From the NCBI GenBank assembly GCA_002269645.1, contig NIVC01001250.1, positions 1 to 47,361 on the forward strand: 47,361 bases of DNA, given 5' to 3'. Source of the stretch: Macrostomum lignano (lineage: Eukaryota). A program made the position numbers and the translations under genes. This document shows, piece after piece, positions 45,175 to 47,361 of the stretch. A model generated the notes under the pieces. The model ran no database searches and had not been told where the DNA came from. It saw only the letters and a list, made by a program, of their open reading frames with translations. Position 1 is the first letter of the stretch. The number at the start of each line of letters is the position of its first letter.

Positions 45175-46190
45175 CAGTGTTAGGCACCTGGCACCAGTCC
45201 CTATTGCAGCCAATGGCCATTTTCGTGGACGGCGTCCGGCGCGGATTGGACTGGTGGCGGCGCGCGCGCGCGCGGCGCGGCGCGTGGCGGCGGCGCGCGG
45301 TGGCGTGGTGTGTGGCGGCGGCGCGCAGCGCGCGGCGAGCCATTGACTGACTAATTGAACCAAATCACTGATCCTGGGGACTGGCCCTGGCGCAGTACGG
45401 GTAGATGTCTGGCGCGGGAAAGGGGGGCGTCCGGCGCGGTTCAGACCTTGGCTGCAATAGGGGCACCAGTCTATTAAAAAGCGTTAATCCGTTAATAAGC
45501 GTTAATAAGTGTTAAGATTTTTCATTAACACTAATGGACTGTCATTAAGATTTTTTGAACTAATGGATTAACAAAATTGTGTTAAAAATTTTGTGAATTA
45601 ACAATAAATTCATCATTAATGGTAGTGTCTATGTCTATGACCAAAGACGCAAAGAAGGAACAAAAAATAGAAGTCTTACAAGAAGTTTAAACATTACGAA
45701 CGTATTTGAGTTTACCTATATGCCTAAATATAATCTCTTTATTTATGACGATGATCATACAGACGTACATGTAATTAACAACTTCTTACAAATAAACTTT
45801 AAAATAATGAATTAAAATAGTGTGAAACTTTATTTCTTGCGCGTGAGCATCAATTGATTTGATTCACTTTTGTCCCAATCTTTGTCCCAATCCCAAGTTT
45901 TTAAAATGATTATTTATTACTTTTTTAGCTTTCAAATTGCTTAGATGACCCCTGTGTTTTGCTAAAAAGATGGAATAGCATAGATGTGCATTACAAAGTC
46001 TGTTTTGGAAAAAATGTGCAAGATTTCCGTATTTTCTATGTTAACTTTAATGGATTAACGCTTACTAACGATTATCAGTTAGCTTTCAGTTAACTTAACG
46101 AAATTAGGAGTTAAAAAGTTAAGATTTTTTTGTTTTAACGCTTTTGCTATTAATGGAAGTTAAGATTTTCATTAATGGTGCCCAACACTG
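45175..46190. mobile_element. Non-autonomous hAT element (~1 kb) hosting a GC-rich MITE
   Basis: TIR cagtgttaggcacc / ggtgcccaacactg. Flanks ctatttt / ctattttt (TSD with one T lost). cgttaa/ttaacg subterminal repeats. Confidence 0.8.
45199..45462. mobile_element. GC-rich MITE with CCCTATTGCAGCCAA termini
   Basis: Perfect 15-bp TIR (45199-45213 / 45448-45462) with 8-bp TSD gcaccagt. It can also be read as a 14-bp TIR with 10-bp TSD ggcaccagtc. Confidence 0.88.
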
Positions 46191-46344
46191 CTATTTTTAG
46201 ATTTCACTCAACAGTGCATTGGCTCTGCTCGCACACTGAGCGGACTATCACTGCTATGTATTTGATTGCAGTGCCAAAGCATATATGGCTGATGCTAAAA
46301 ATGGTCTGTCTATGTTTGCCCCGGGTCTTGGGTGCTTGCTACGT

Positions 46345-46770
46345 CTGTTAGATGCTTGCTGTCTTAGGGATACTTGCCATCTGGGGGATGCTTGCTGTCT
46401 TAAGGATATTTGCCATCTGGGGAATGCTTGCTGTCTAGATCTGGGGGATGCTTGCTGTCTGGGGATTGCTTGCTGTCTAGGGGATTGTTTGCTATCTGGT
46501 GGATGCCTGCTGTCTGGAGGATGCCTGCTGTCTGGGGATGCTTGCTGTCTAGGGAATGCTTGCTGTCTGGGGAATGCTTGCTGTCTGGAGGATGCTTGCT
46601 ATCTGGGGGATGCTTGCTGTCTGGGGGATTGCTTGCTGTCTAGGGGATTGTTTGCTATCTGGTGGATGCCTGCTGTCTGGAGGATGCCTGCTGTCTAGGG
46701 GATGCCTGCTGTCTAGGAAATGCTTGCTGTCTGGGGAATGCTTGCTGTCTGGGGGATGCTTGCTGTCTTT
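46345..46770. repeat. 18-bp minisatellite ctgggggatgcttgctgt with an internal block duplication
   Basis: About 23 units. The variant block ggattgcttgctgtctaggggattgtttgctatctggtggatgcctgctgtctggaggatgcc occurs at ~46460 and ~46625. Confidence 0.95.
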
Positions 46771-47361
46771 CTTTGCTCCCCAACGGGGGGCTTAAATTGC
46801 CAGTTTTATATCTAAAGATAAAGTTGTAAGAATAAATGCATTTTATCTATATTAAATATAGATAGGCCCTAGGAAATCCTACACTTGTTCAATAAATTAT
46901 TTTAATGCCAGTGCCAGGTAGATGCACATCAGCAAATGCATGCCAAACTAATATGTTACAGAAAAAACATACAACTTTTTACATTTAAAAATGCACTTCA
47001 AAAAACCCCAAGTGTTTAACATTTTTTAAAACTTTTTGTAGTATGCAAATATATAATGTTTCTTTTTTGCACATTAAAATTTACTTATCATTTTGCAATA
47101 AAAATAAGTATGAATTCTTGTCTTCACAACACCATGTCTTTTCACAAACTTTTGTCTTAACAAAGCATGTCTAATATCATGCTGGGCCACATTCAACACC
47201 AGCTTTTCTATGCCATAGCCCATATTGCAAAAGTGTAGTATATGCTAGAAAATTCCAGTGTACAAATGCTTTTGCTGGCATACAAATGCTTTAGCTTTTA
47301 GTTAGCTTTTGCATTACTTCACTTATTTAAGTTTTAATTTTTTGCAACTTAATAATAAGAC

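Noticed and set aside
46285-46795. Cys-rich 'metallothionein/keratin-associated-like' ORF (GDACCL)n
   Set aside because: 18-bp minisatellite. The frame changes at 17/19-bp units, and there is no splice or promoter support.

Overview
This is eukaryotic (invertebrate animal) genomic DNA with GC-rich spliced exons and AT-rich introns and intergenic regions full of transposons and minisatellites. The style resembles the flatworm Macrostomum, but that is inference only. Host genes: (1) a 4-exon BCL11/Ctip-like zinc-finger gene (+, 3508-10204, ~567 aa); (2) two diverged, intronless, minus-strand paralogues of a TspO/MBR-related multipass membrane protein (15805-16773 intact; 21859-22824 with two frameshifts); (3) a 4-exon PUF60/half-pint splicing-factor gene (+, 35399-38127, ~496 aa); (4) an orphan ORF (42479-43279). 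The rest holds P-element-like and Crypton remnants, a CACTA-type element, a ~2-kb solo LTR nested in a Mutator-type MITE, many TIR/TSD-defined MITEs (several nested) and at least ten tandem arrays. The most interesting signals are: a 9-copy tandem array of the 5' splice site in a PUF60 intron, a Penelope-type minimal hammerhead ribozyme, a decayed multi-exon gene oriented head-to-head with PUF60 that the ORF track misses, and an antisense CCAAT/TATA/splice-donor cassette inside the zinc-finger gene. I cannot claim a wholly new biological system. All exon models and family calls were made by eye, without database searches.
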